Positions 10,309-18,226 of a stretch of 24,660 nt of DNA are shown one piece after another. How positions within the stretch are numbered: the stretch's first letter is position 1; every line of letters starts with the position of its first letter. Both the position numbers and the translations under genes were made by a program. The stretch is taken from NCBI GenBank assembly GCA_043732305.1, contig JAYTHU010000200.1:1-24660 (forward strand), given 5' to 3'. Below the pieces are notes generated by a model. The model made no database searches. It worked only from the letters and a program-made list of their open reading frames with translations, and was not told the DNA's origin. The stretch is from Oligoflexia bacterium. GTDB taxonomy: Bacteria; Bdellovibrionota; Bdellovibrionia; JABDDW01.

Positions 10309-11589
10309 TTATTTAACAGTTATGAATCCATTGGTTTGTTGATTTGCACCGTGAACGCCACAAACGAAATTGAAGTTTCCGGTATGATTGAGACTGACTA
10401 CCTGAGATTTAGTTTCCCCACTCATAGCCATGACATCTATCCCTAAGGAAGAAGATTGGAATCTGTACATTTTGTCTTCTGCCACTAATTTAAATTCTAC
10501 AACGTCGCCAACTGTCAAATTGATCTCCGCGGGAGAGCATGATCCTTTGGATCCAGTCATGAGAACTGTTTTTGAAGATGGTGTGAGTTCCTTTAAAATC
10601 CTACGATCAAAAGGATGGAGGAAGTCATGTTTTTTTTCGTCAACACCCAAAACCTTTGCGAGTTGATAGGCCGTTTGATCACTTTTATTTTTTAAATTTC
10701 TATTCGCATTAGCGGCTGTAAGTTCCCTTATAACTCCGTAAGCCTCGGATCCCGTAGTTGAAAGTGTAATCGCCCACATGAGAGCTGTGTTGCCCTCCAG
10801 GTCTTGGGCATCAACATCTGGATCATTTTGTAAAAATGAAGCAACTAAAGCTGAGTCTCCTGTATTCCGGACAAGCTTGATAAGTGGACCTTCTCCATTT
10901 TCGGGATCCTTCGCATCAAAAAGCGCTCCGTGGCTTGCAAACAATTCTAATAAATCAGATAACGCTCCGGAGACTCTATTTTTATTTCCTGGAGACTGGG
11001 CACCCTTACTCCACTTGCCGTTTTGATCCCCCGTAATTTTTTGAGGCGAATATTTTCCGCAATCTAGATCCGCCCCATAAGTTAAAGCTGTGCAGCCTTT
11101 TTCATTTTTAGCATTTGGGGACGCTCCACAGTTGACAGCCTCTTTGATTCCAGAAAAGTTTCCCGATTCTATTGATTCAAAGAGCAAGTTTTTATAATCT
11201 TTATTTGAACAGAGAGTTGCACTTACCAGGGGAACTTCAGGAGCAAGATCGCCAGTGACGTTGCAGCTCATTTCCAAGTTTTGAGATATCAGAATGCCTC
11301 TTACAGAACTACCTTCTGTGCCATCCGGGAAAGAAAGAATTTTTTTTTGGACATCGCTTTCTAAAACATAGAAAATATTCGGGCCCAAAGACCTTCTCAA
11401 CAGGTCCTTCTCAAATCCTTGATAAGCGACCAATCCGTAAACAGGATCGATATAACTGATTGTCCCTTTTTCAAAATTGTTTATTGCAAGCTCCACCTTG
11501 ACTCCGTCCACACGAGTAGCCTGACAATTGATAGTCTCGGCTTTCAGTAGACACGAGAAACTTAAAATAGAAAAAAATAGGATTTTCAT
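10309..11589 (-). CDS. Exported ankyrin-repeat protein with a C-terminal cupredoxin-like domain
   Basis: GGAG RBS before the ATG at 11589, signal peptide, ankyrin motifs (NAKNEKGCTAL, DAQDLEGNTALMWA, NLKNKSDQTAYQLA), C-terminal PAEINLTVGDVV...GNFNFVCGVHG...GFITVK. Confidence 0.8.
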   Translation of the reverse strand: MKILFFSILSFSCLLKAETINCQATRVDGVKVELAINNFEKGTISYIDPVYGLVAYQGFEKDLLRRSLGPNIFYVLESDVQKKILSFPDGTEGSSVRGILISQNLEMSCNVTGDLAPEVPLVSATLCSNKDYKNLLFESIESGNFSGIKEAVNCGASPNAKNEKGCTALTYGADLDCGKYSPQKITGDQNGKWSKGAQSPGNKNRVSGALSDLLELFASHGALFDAKDPENGEGPLIKLVRNTGDSALVASFLQNDPDVDAQDLEGNTALMWAITLSTTGSEAYGVIRELTAANANRNLKNKSDQTAYQLAKVLGVDEKKHDFLHPFDRRILKELTPSSKTVLMTGSKGSCSPAEINLTVGDVVEFKLVAEDKMYRFQSSSLGIDVMAMSGETKSQVVSLNHTGNFNFVCGVHGANQQTNGFITVK

Positions 11590-11599
11590 TTTTACTCCA

Positions 11600-12304
11600 T
11601 CAATCTTTTGCGCCACTGTTGATCCAATCTTTGATCGTTTTAATCTCTTGATCACTCAAAGGTAAAAATCCAGTTTTTTTGCCGAATACATCAACGGGAG
11701 GCGGCATAAGTTTATTTGGATCCAAATTGGTAATAGATAATACAAGTCCGCTTTCATCGGCGTCACCCGGCACCACAATGTCTAAAGGAGAATTTATAAA
11801 ATCCTCTTTAGTGAGCAATGGAATTCTTGCCACCGACTGACCCGGGGAATGGCATATGGTGCATTTTATTTCTATGATATGTGACTTGATTGACTCAAAT
11901 TTTGGTTCAAGTGAAGGCAATGGTTCCTCCTCTACCCCAGCATTTAGCGGAGCCCCGACAGAAATCCATGCGCTCAATAGCCCAAGTTGAACTTTATTTA
12001 ATGGGAGCATCGGAGATTTTGGCATTTTACGTTCAATAATGGTTGCTTGAAAAATCTTTGAGAGATTTCCATTTATCTGTCCATAGTCTTCCAAATTTAG
12101 CTTACTGCCTGCCCCATGGCAGCTCACACAGTTTTTTCTAAAAACTCGGGAATAAACTGAATTGTAAGTCAATTCAGTTTTTAAATAATTTGAACTTGGA
12201 GGAATGTCCGATATCCCAGCTGGATTTTTCTGAATAGAATAATTGCATCCATTTAGAAATCCAACTGCGACAAGACAATATAATAAAATTCGCTCCAAGG
12301 ACAA
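11600..12304 (-). CDS. Diheme c-type cytochrome lipoprotein (two planctomycete-cytochrome-like domains)
   Basis: Lipobox LNGC; CVSCH..MP..WI..GA; CTICH..VVPGD..S.L..MPP..I.DWI..GA. TTG start. Confidence 0.85.
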   Translation of the reverse strand: MSLERILLYCLVAVGFLNGCNYSIQKNPAGISDIPPSSNYLKTELTYNSVYSRVFRKNCVSCHGAGSKLNLEDYGQINGNLSKIFQATIIERKMPKSPMLPLNKVQLGLLSAWISVGAPLNAGVEEEPLPSLEPKFESIKSHIIEIKCTICHSPGQSVARIPLLTKEDFINSPLDIVVPGDADESGLVLSITNLDPNKLMPPPVDVFGKKTGFLPLSDQEIKTIKDWINSGAKD

Positions 12305-12307
12305 AAT

Positions 12308-12898
12308 TTACTTCAGTTCGTGGGACAAGTAGGTGCCATCGGCATTTAAATTTAAGAATAGAGTCCGGGCATCATCATCTGACGTAATTTTAAATTGAGC
12401 GAAAATATTTCCTTGGGCATCTTTCTGGGGGACAAGCGTGATTGTTTGAAGACCAGTGTAATAAGCTTTTACTTCTGCATATTGTGCCCAACCTTCGAGA
12501 ACAAAATGCAAACCGTCTTCCATGAGAGTTAGAGCATCTTTACCAGACCAAACGGCAGAGGCCATCGATAATAAACCCTGCTCTACATTGAATGCCAAGG
12601 TTTTGCCCTCAGCGTCTTGCCACAAAGTGATTTGACTGGATTTTCCATCGGCTCCGGGAGCGACTTGACCATAAACTTTAAATGCTGCTCCGTTTTCTGA
12701 GCTTACTTCAGCCCTCATTCCGACAAGTTGATTCTGAAAAACTGCGTCAATCTTTTTTAGAGTAACAAGTCTTTCGATTCTATGAACCGCAAGTTCTGTG
12801 GCCTTGGCGATTGTCAATTCCCCAGGAACATCACCATGAGCAAACGCGCTTCCACCCCATATAAATAAAACAGCCAAACCAAATTTTTGTAGTTTCAT
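12308..12898 (-). CDS. Periplasmic hypothetical protein with a mature N-terminal His and an internal duplication
   Basis: Signal peptide AFA|HGD. The two halves end ITLWQDAEGKTLAFNV and LFLNLNADGTYLSHEL. Confidence 0.7.
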   Translation of the reverse strand: MKLQKFGLAVLFIWGGSAFAHGDVPGELTIAKATELAVHRIERLVTLKKIDAVFQNQLVGMRAEVSSENGAAFKVYGQVAPGADGKSSQITLWQDAEGKTLAFNVEQGLLSMASAVWSGKDALTLMEDGLHFVLEGWAQYAEVKAYYTGLQTITLVPQKDAQGNIFAQFKITSDDDARTLFLNLNADGTYLSHELK

Positions 12899-12915
12899 TG
12901 TTTTCCCTTTTCAGA

Positions 12916-13236
12916 TTAAAAAACGATTTTCATTATCTCTTCGATCTTCTCTTTAACCTTAGTTTTATTTTTAGTTTGAAAAGCAGATTGGACACAGCCT
13001 TCCAAATGGGATCGAAATATTTCAGCTTCGATTGCTTTCAAAGCAGAAGCTGCAGCTTTGATCTGCATCATGATGTCGGGACAGTACCTGCGATCAAGAA
13101 TCATCTTTTCAATACCCTCGATCTGACCTCTCGCACGATTCAATCTGCCAAGGTGACGACTATGGTCAGGATGTTTTAATTTCTCTCCAGATTTTCCCTT
13201 TAATTTTGAGTCACAGCAGGATTGCTTTACTAACAT
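12916..13236 (-). CDS. csoR: CsoR-family copper-sensing repressor
   Basis: RLNRARGQIEGIEKMI..RYCPDIMMQI.A...HLEGCV carries the Cys/His/Cys ligand set. GGGGAG RBS before the ATG at 13236. N-terminal CC. Confidence 0.92.
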   Translation of the reverse strand: MLVKQSCCDSKLKGKSGEKLKHPDHSRHLGRLNRARGQIEGIEKMILDRRYCPDIMMQIKAAASALKAIEAEIFRSHLEGCVQSAFQTKNKTKVKEKIEEIMKIVF

Positions 13237-13262
13237 CTTAAACTCCCCGTTTAAACTTCTAA

Positions 13263-13290
13263 TTGACATATACCCCCCTAGGGGTATCAT
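13263..13290 (+). promoter_or_regulatory. Sigma70-type promoter for the rightward operon, overlapped by the CsoR operator
   Basis: TTGACA (13263-13268), 16 bp spacer, TATCAT (13285-13290). Confidence 0.6.
13270..13287. promoter_or_regulatory. CsoR operator
   Basis: ATACCCC-CCTA-GGGGTAT has perfect 7-bp arms and the C-tract/G-tract form of CsoR/RicR boxes. It lies between csoR and the divergent operon. Confidence 0.88.
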
Positions 13291-13336
13291 TACAACATAA
13301 TATTTTGTCACAAACTTTTATGGAACGTAAAAACCT

Positions 13337-13861
13337 ATGCCTCCTAAGATTTTCACGCACAGAATGTTTTTAGTTTTTGGCTTCATACTTTTTTGCAGAG
13401 TACTTCTTGCGCATGATGGACATCATGAGGGAACCCGATCTGGATCTGAAAAGTTTTTAGAAGCTCAGGTTCTAACCAGCAAAGACTCCATGAACGATAT
13501 AGTCAATTCCTATAACCACAAAATTAAATATATATTTGAAATTAAATGCCTAGACTGCCATGGAGGAACTCGCACCATGCCGTGGTACCATTCCATTCCA
13601 TTGGTAAACAACCTTATGGAAAAAGACCGGATTGAATCAAGAGAACACTTAGACATGTCCAAAGGTTTTCCATTTGCTGGGCACGGAACAATAATTGAAG
13701 ATATCGAAGCCGTTAAAAAATCGATAGAGGAAAGATCAATGCCGCCTTTGAAGTATCGGATTATTCACTGGAACTCAAAATTAACTGAATCAGAACGAAG
13801 TGATATATTAGATTGGGTTGATCAGTCACTGAAAAAACTTAGGGAGAATGAAAATGAGTGA
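13337..13861 (+). CDS. Monoheme c protein, Haem_bd-like domain
   Basis: Signal peptide then HDGHH; CLDCH, PWY..IP, R.HLD.S, MPP..Y...HW..KLT.SE...I..W. Confidence 0.85.
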   Translation: MPPKIFTHRMFLVFGFILFCRVLLAHDGHHEGTRSGSEKFLEAQVLTSKDSMNDIVNSYNHKIKYIFEIKCLDCHGGTRTMPWYHSIPLVNNLMEKDRIESREHLDMSKGFPFAGHGTIIEDIEAVKKSIEERSMPPLKYRIIHWNSKLTESERSDILDWVDQSLKKLRENENE

Positions 13862-15095
13862 CAATGAAAAAAGTTTTTCTAGACGCGCGTTTATCGGAGT
13901 CGCCGGGGTAACCGGTGCATTTTTAGGAGCTAACTTACTTTCTCCGAGCACAGCAAAAGCCATCTCATCAAATAAGTCGCTTCCCAAAGTTAGGCCGAAC
14001 GAAACTAAAATTAATGATACGGCACCCGCTTATCCGCCACGGCAAAAACCAAAACCCGGAGAAAAAATCCATGAATTTGAGATTGATGTTTCGATTCAAA
14101 TGCATGAAATTCTCCCGGGCGTTCAAATTCACGCCTTTACTTATAATAAAACGCTTCCCGGCCCGGAAATTAGGGTCACCGAAAACGATTGGATTTCAGT
14201 AAATCTTACCAATCACACTTCGGAGTTTCATACGATTCATTGGCACGGAATGTATGCGCCAAATGAGATGGATGGAGTTCCGCTCGGTACACAGTGGCCA
14301 GTTGGGCCTGGACAAAAGTTTAACTATCTTTTTCGAGCTCAGCCTGCTGGAACACATTTTTATCATTGCCACAACATGACGCCTTTGCACGTTCAGGCCG
14401 GAATGTATGGAGCACTAATCATTGAACCCAAAGAAGATATCGTAAAAAAAGTTTACTCTTATGAGCGTGAGTACACGCTTCTCTTGAGTGAAATTGATAC
14501 CAACATGATTCGTGAACAAATGAACGACATGCTCATGATGATGAACAAAATGGAAAAAATGAATTCATCCGAACGTCTTATGAAACAAATGAATGGCCGC
14601 ATGATGGGATGGTTCAAAGATAAAGACGCTTTTGTGAAGGCGTTTAATTCAGGCTATATTCCTCCTTACGTTTCAAGTATGGCCGGGCCACTCAAAGCAC
14701 CCAACTATAATTATTTTTTAATCAATGGAAAATCCTACCCGATGACTGAGGCCTTGCAAATAAAGACTGGAGAAAATATTCGAATTCGGTTGATAGGAGC
14801 GGGGGCCATGCCTCACTTTATTCATCTTCATGGGCACGATTTTTGGCATGTTTGCCAAGATGGAGCGCCACTATCTAACCCTGTTCGAATGAACACCATT
14901 CCAATTTTTCCTGGCACCACATCAGATATAATTGTCCAGGGAACTAATCCTGGCCACTGGCACTTTCACGATCACAGTGATCTCTCCACTACCAATAATG
15001 GTTTTTTTCCCGGCGGCATGATGACAATGCTCATGTACGACGATGCGGATAAAGCGGGTGTCAAAGTTCCGGAGATTGTGCAGGTCAATTCATGA
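13854..15095 (+). CDS. Tat-exported two-domain multicopper oxidase (T1 site in domain 1, type C-like) with a Met-rich insert
   Basis: SRRAFI Tat motif; HTIHWHG, HFYHCH..H....M, HFIHLHGH and HFHDH. Start at 13848 or 13854. Confidence 0.9.
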   Translation: MSDNEKSFSRRAFIGVAGVTGAFLGANLLSPSTAKAISSNKSLPKVRPNETKINDTAPAYPPRQKPKPGEKIHEFEIDVSIQMHEILPGVQIHAFTYNKTLPGPEIRVTENDWISVNLTNHTSEFHTIHWHGMYAPNEMDGVPLGTQWPVGPGQKFNYLFRAQPAGTHFYHCHNMTPLHVQAGMYGALIIEPKEDIVKKVYSYEREYTLLLSEIDTNMIREQMNDMLMMMNKMEKMNSSERLMKQMNGRMMGWFKDKDAFVKAFNSGYIPPYVSSMAGPLKAPNYNYFLINGKSYPMTEALQIKTGENIRIRLIGAGAMPHFIHLHGHDFWHVCQDGAPLSNPVRMNTIPIFPGTTSDIIVQGTNPGHWHFHDHSDLSTTNNGFFPGGMMTMLMYDDADKAGVKVPEIVQVNS

Positions 15096-16309
15096 TGGAT
15101 TCAATAATAAAATCAGTATTCATCGTACTGATTTTTTCCCCAGCATTATTATTTGCTGCTCAAGCGGAGCCCGTGCCTATTCCTGAAGAACCGAGCACCG
15201 CTCCACAGTTGGAATTTGATGGAACTCTAAATAGCACCCTAGATTTTGCAAGGGCCGGTTCTGTAAATCCGAGAAACACTAGCGCAATCAATTTCAACGA
15301 TTCAGCTTTTTTAATTGGTGCTGCTCAAAGACTTTATAACGAAGGGGCTGTGGGAAGTTTTGGTTTTGGGATGCTCACCAACGAAAATTCAACCTCAGGA
15401 ACATCAAGTCCCTTTTTTCAACACCAACTCTTTGCCGACTATCAGGAACAAAACTTCGAAGTTCTCATTGGTAGGAGCGATAACCCCAGTGCTCATTTGA
15501 TTGATTTTCCAACTCTAAGAGGCGATGATCTCATTACTTTTTTAAACCCGCTCGACCCGTTTTCAAACGGCATTAATACGGAAGAGCACAGGTACTCGAA
15601 TGTTGCCTCAGTCACACTAAATCAAGATCTTAGAACATTTGAAAACTTCCACGTGCAACACCTCATCGATAGCACAGGAGTAAATTCAAACGACGAATTG
15701 AATTCCTTTGGTCTCACTATCGAAAGAATGGGCACAGTCGGAATGGAGCGCCTGGATACGCTTCAATCTGTTGGCATTGGATATGAATACATCGCCATCA
15801 ACAATGCCACCACTAAGGGCATCAGCCAATTTTATGGCGGAGGAGTTGTCAATATACTCCCTGGTGTTTCCCATTCTCTTGATTTTCGCTTTCAAGACAT
15901 TGCGAGTTTCGGAAACGATATGAAATCTTTCTCAACCCTTACCGATTCTTTCCAAGCAGATTCAAACGCCGCCGCAATCAGCTTACGATATTTAGACAGT
16001 CCTTTTGGGAAGCCTGCCCACGAACTCGCCCTTACTTTAGGATACAAAAACTATTTCAGAATTTTAAATGCGGAAAGTGGTGGATTTGCCGTCACAGCTG
16101 TTAGAAGGCTTGGCCAAGGTTTCGATTTAACTTTCCAGTACTCCGGCTCCTTGAGAAACCCACTTTTATCAGCAGTGCAATCATCTTCCACACCATATGA
16201 GCAAATCGTGCAAGTCGGATTTTCATTTAATTTCAATGCGACATTAAATCAGCACATTGGAGCTCGCCGAACTATTTTAAATATGGAACATAAATACATT
16301 CCAGACTAA
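15092..16309 (+). CDS. Hypothetical exported protein, probable outer-membrane beta-barrel
   Basis: ATGA overlap with the oxidase stop, signal peptide, amphipathic beta-strand patterns (FEVLIGRS, SVGIGYEY, LALTLGYK, QVGFSFNF). Confidence 0.65.
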   Translation: MMDSIIKSVFIVLIFSPALLFAAQAEPVPIPEEPSTAPQLEFDGTLNSTLDFARAGSVNPRNTSAINFNDSAFLIGAAQRLYNEGAVGSFGFGMLTNENSTSGTSSPFFQHQLFADYQEQNFEVLIGRSDNPSAHLIDFPTLRGDDLITFLNPLDPFSNGINTEEHRYSNVASVTLNQDLRTFENFHVQHLIDSTGVNSNDELNSFGLTIERMGTVGMERLDTLQSVGIGYEYIAINNATTKGISQFYGGGVVNILPGVSHSLDFRFQDIASFGNDMKSFSTLTDSFQADSNAAAISLRYLDSPFGKPAHELALTLGYKNYFRILNAESGGFAVTAVRRLGQGFDLTFQYSGSLRNPLLSAVQSSSTPYEQIVQVGFSFNFNATLNQHIGARRTILNMEHKYIPD

Positions 16310-16322
16310 GGAAATTTAAAAA

Positions 16323-16916
16323 ATGCTAAAACTGATCACCATCTCTTTTTTACTAGCCTCGACAAGCATACCTACAACACTCCATGCGGGAACGGAGGGA
16401 ATGAAAGACTTGCCTCAAATAAAATCTGGGCAAATTCACACCGTAGACGGTTCAGAAGATTTCGAATCGGAGAAAGGATTCGGTGACCAGGAGCCTATGG
16501 TTAAAATGATGAATTTAATGATGGTGGAGGGCTCTGGCTATGAAGGGATGACTATGGGAAAAGATGCATCAATGAAGAAAAACCCCCCGTCATCAGGTCA
16601 TTCAATGGCTTCCATGAACGAAAGTAAAAAAGACCAAAACTACAAAGTAGATATCTTGAATGATGCAGGATCTGCAAAAGTAGGCGCGAACAAAATAAAA
16701 TTCAAGGTGATCAGGGGTGCACAGGCCGTAAAAAAACTTAAACTCAATGGGCGAGTTTTTATGCTCTCTATGGATATGGGTGAGTCTTCTCCTAAGATCA
16801 ATGAAATCACTCCTGGAATTTATGAAATTAAATCTAATTTTACAATGCGAGGGGAGTGGGCTATTGAAGTTTCTTCTGATCAATTTAAAGAACAGCTAAA
16901 ATTTGATGCAAGATAA
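16323..16916 (+). CDS. Periplasmic protein with a Met-rich N-terminal region and a YtkA/FixH-like Ig domain
   Basis: Signal peptide LHA|G, MVKMMNLMM, then AKVGANKI...MLSMDMG...PGIYE...FTMRGEWAIEV. Confidence 0.78.
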   Translation: MLKLITISFLLASTSIPTTLHAGTEGMKDLPQIKSGQIHTVDGSEDFESEKGFGDQEPMVKMMNLMMVEGSGYEGMTMGKDASMKKNPPSSGHSMASMNESKKDQNYKVDILNDAGSAKVGANKIKFKVIRGAQAVKKLKLNGRVFMLSMDMGESSPKINEITPGIYEIKSNFTMRGEWAIEVSSDQFKEQLKFDAR

Positions 16917-16925
16917 CTCTGTTTT

Positions 16926-17285
16926 CTAAAAATTAGGAGCCATGAAGGCAAATAAGAATCCCACAAGATACAAACCTAATGAAGTGAAATAAACCCATAA
17001 CGACCAGTCGCGGGTGGCCTCGCACCCGGTCCCCGTCAAAGAATCAACAGGGCAGAAAATCTGTTTGGCTCTCCACTGGAAAAGACCCGCACTAATCAGC
17101 ATCACTCCTCCAAAAAGAAAAATAAAAACTTTATGCTCAGATATCCAAATCAATTGAGGAATCGCACTCACCAAGCCGGCAAAGGCCGCTCCGAATCCCA
17201 AGACAACAAAAATCGCGGGAAGTGCACAGCAAAAAATCGTACTTAGAGATGTAAATAAACTTAAAAATGAGGTGATTTTTTTCAT
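16926..17285 (-). CDS. MerT/MerF/MerC-like small heavy-metal membrane transporter
   Basis: Intramembrane CCALP in TM1, three hydrophobic segments, loop CPVD....GC. The ATG at 17285 abuts the upstream stop. Confidence 0.78.
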   Translation of the reverse strand: MKKITSFLSLFTSLSTIFCCALPAIFVVLGFGAAFAGLVSAIPQLIWISEHKVFIFLFGGVMLISAGLFQWRAKQIFCPVDSLTGTGCEATRDWSLWVYFTSLGLYLVGFLFAFMAPNF

Positions 17286-17286
17286 T

Positions 17287-17577
17287 TTAAATTCTTTCAA
17301 TTTTTTCGACATTGTAACCAGAGTCTTTCAAAATTTTCTCAATCTTTTCATCGGAAATATCTTTCCCCTCATTGAGCTCTAAAACCACAGTCTTCTTCTC
17401 TAAACTCACATCTATTTTTCTAACGGCTGGCTCAACTTTAAACTTCTTTGTGATGCCTTGGGCACAGAATGCGCACACCATTCCTTTGACACAAACTTTT
17501 ATTTCTTTAGCCTCGGCAAATTCCGATCCAATTAATATAAAACTTATTGTTAAAACAAGGATTAAATTTTTATACAT
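17287..17577 (-). CDS. Exported HMA-domain metallochaperone (MerP/CopZ-like)
   Basis: Signal peptide AEA|K, GMVCAFCA motif, C-terminal SGY. Confidence 0.9.
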   Translation of the reverse strand: MYKNLILVLTISFILIGSEFAEAKEIKVCVKGMVCAFCAQGITKKFKVEPAVRKIDVSLEKKTVVLELNEGKDISDEKIEKILKDSGYNVEKIERI

Positions 17578-17587
17578 ACAGATCCTT

Positions 17588-18226
17588 TCAAAAGTGAAAC
17601 ATAAAATTGAGCATCCAATCCCCTTCAGTACTCACGCCAGTTTCAAAAAGAACGTTCTTATAAAAGAGACGAACCAACGGCGTCAGGGAATATTGACGCA
17701 AAAGACTGGGATGATATTGATATTGAATCATGAACCAGCTTGCGATCTCATTGAATTCAGCTTCGTAGGGAGCAATGCCTAACCGGGCCTCTCCGTGATA
17801 GAATTCTGGCCCAAGATCGGCCCACATTCTCTCATATTTTGCTGAAACAAAATATTCTCTGCTTTCAGCATCTGCTTCGACTCCAGCAAGTGCCGCGCCT
17901 TGATTTCTTCCCTGAAAATTCAGATCTCCATATGCACCATAGAGATAGATATTCCCTTGATAATTAGATTCATTCCAGCGTTTCAGAAGGTAATCCATCT
18001 GCGGGGCATAGAATTGCAGTCTTCCTTCTGGAGCGTCAAAACGCATTATTCTGGCGGCAATAGCAGCATCACTTCGAAAGCTATAAGTCACCCAATCGTC
18101 TGATAAAAATGGTTGATTCCATGTCATTACTCCCGTGGCTCCTTCGAAAGCGACGGGATGAGCATTCGAGGTTGAACTTAGTCCTACAATCAAGAAGACG
18201 GATGTTAATAAAAATTTAGCTCCCAT
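17588..18226 (-). CDS. Putative small outer-membrane beta-barrel
   Basis: GGAG RBS, signal peptide SNA|HP, aromatic alternating strands, C-terminal WMLNFMFHF. Confidence 0.68.
   Translation of the reverse strand: MGAKFLLTSVFLIVGLSSTSNAHPVAFEGATGVMTWNQPFLSDDWVTYSFRSDAAIAARIMRFDAPEGRLQFYAPQMDYLLKRWNESNYQGNIYLYGAYGDLNFQGRNQGAALAGVEADAESREYFVSAKYERMWADLGPEFYHGEARLGIAPYEAEFNEIASWFMIQYQYHPSLLRQYSLTPLVRLFYKNVLFETGVSTEGDWMLNFMFHF

Noticed and set aside
13854..15095. Copper nitrite reductase (NirK) assignment
   Set aside because: HWH, HCH, HLH and HDH supply a full trinuclear-cluster His set typical of oxidases, not the NirK type 2 site.
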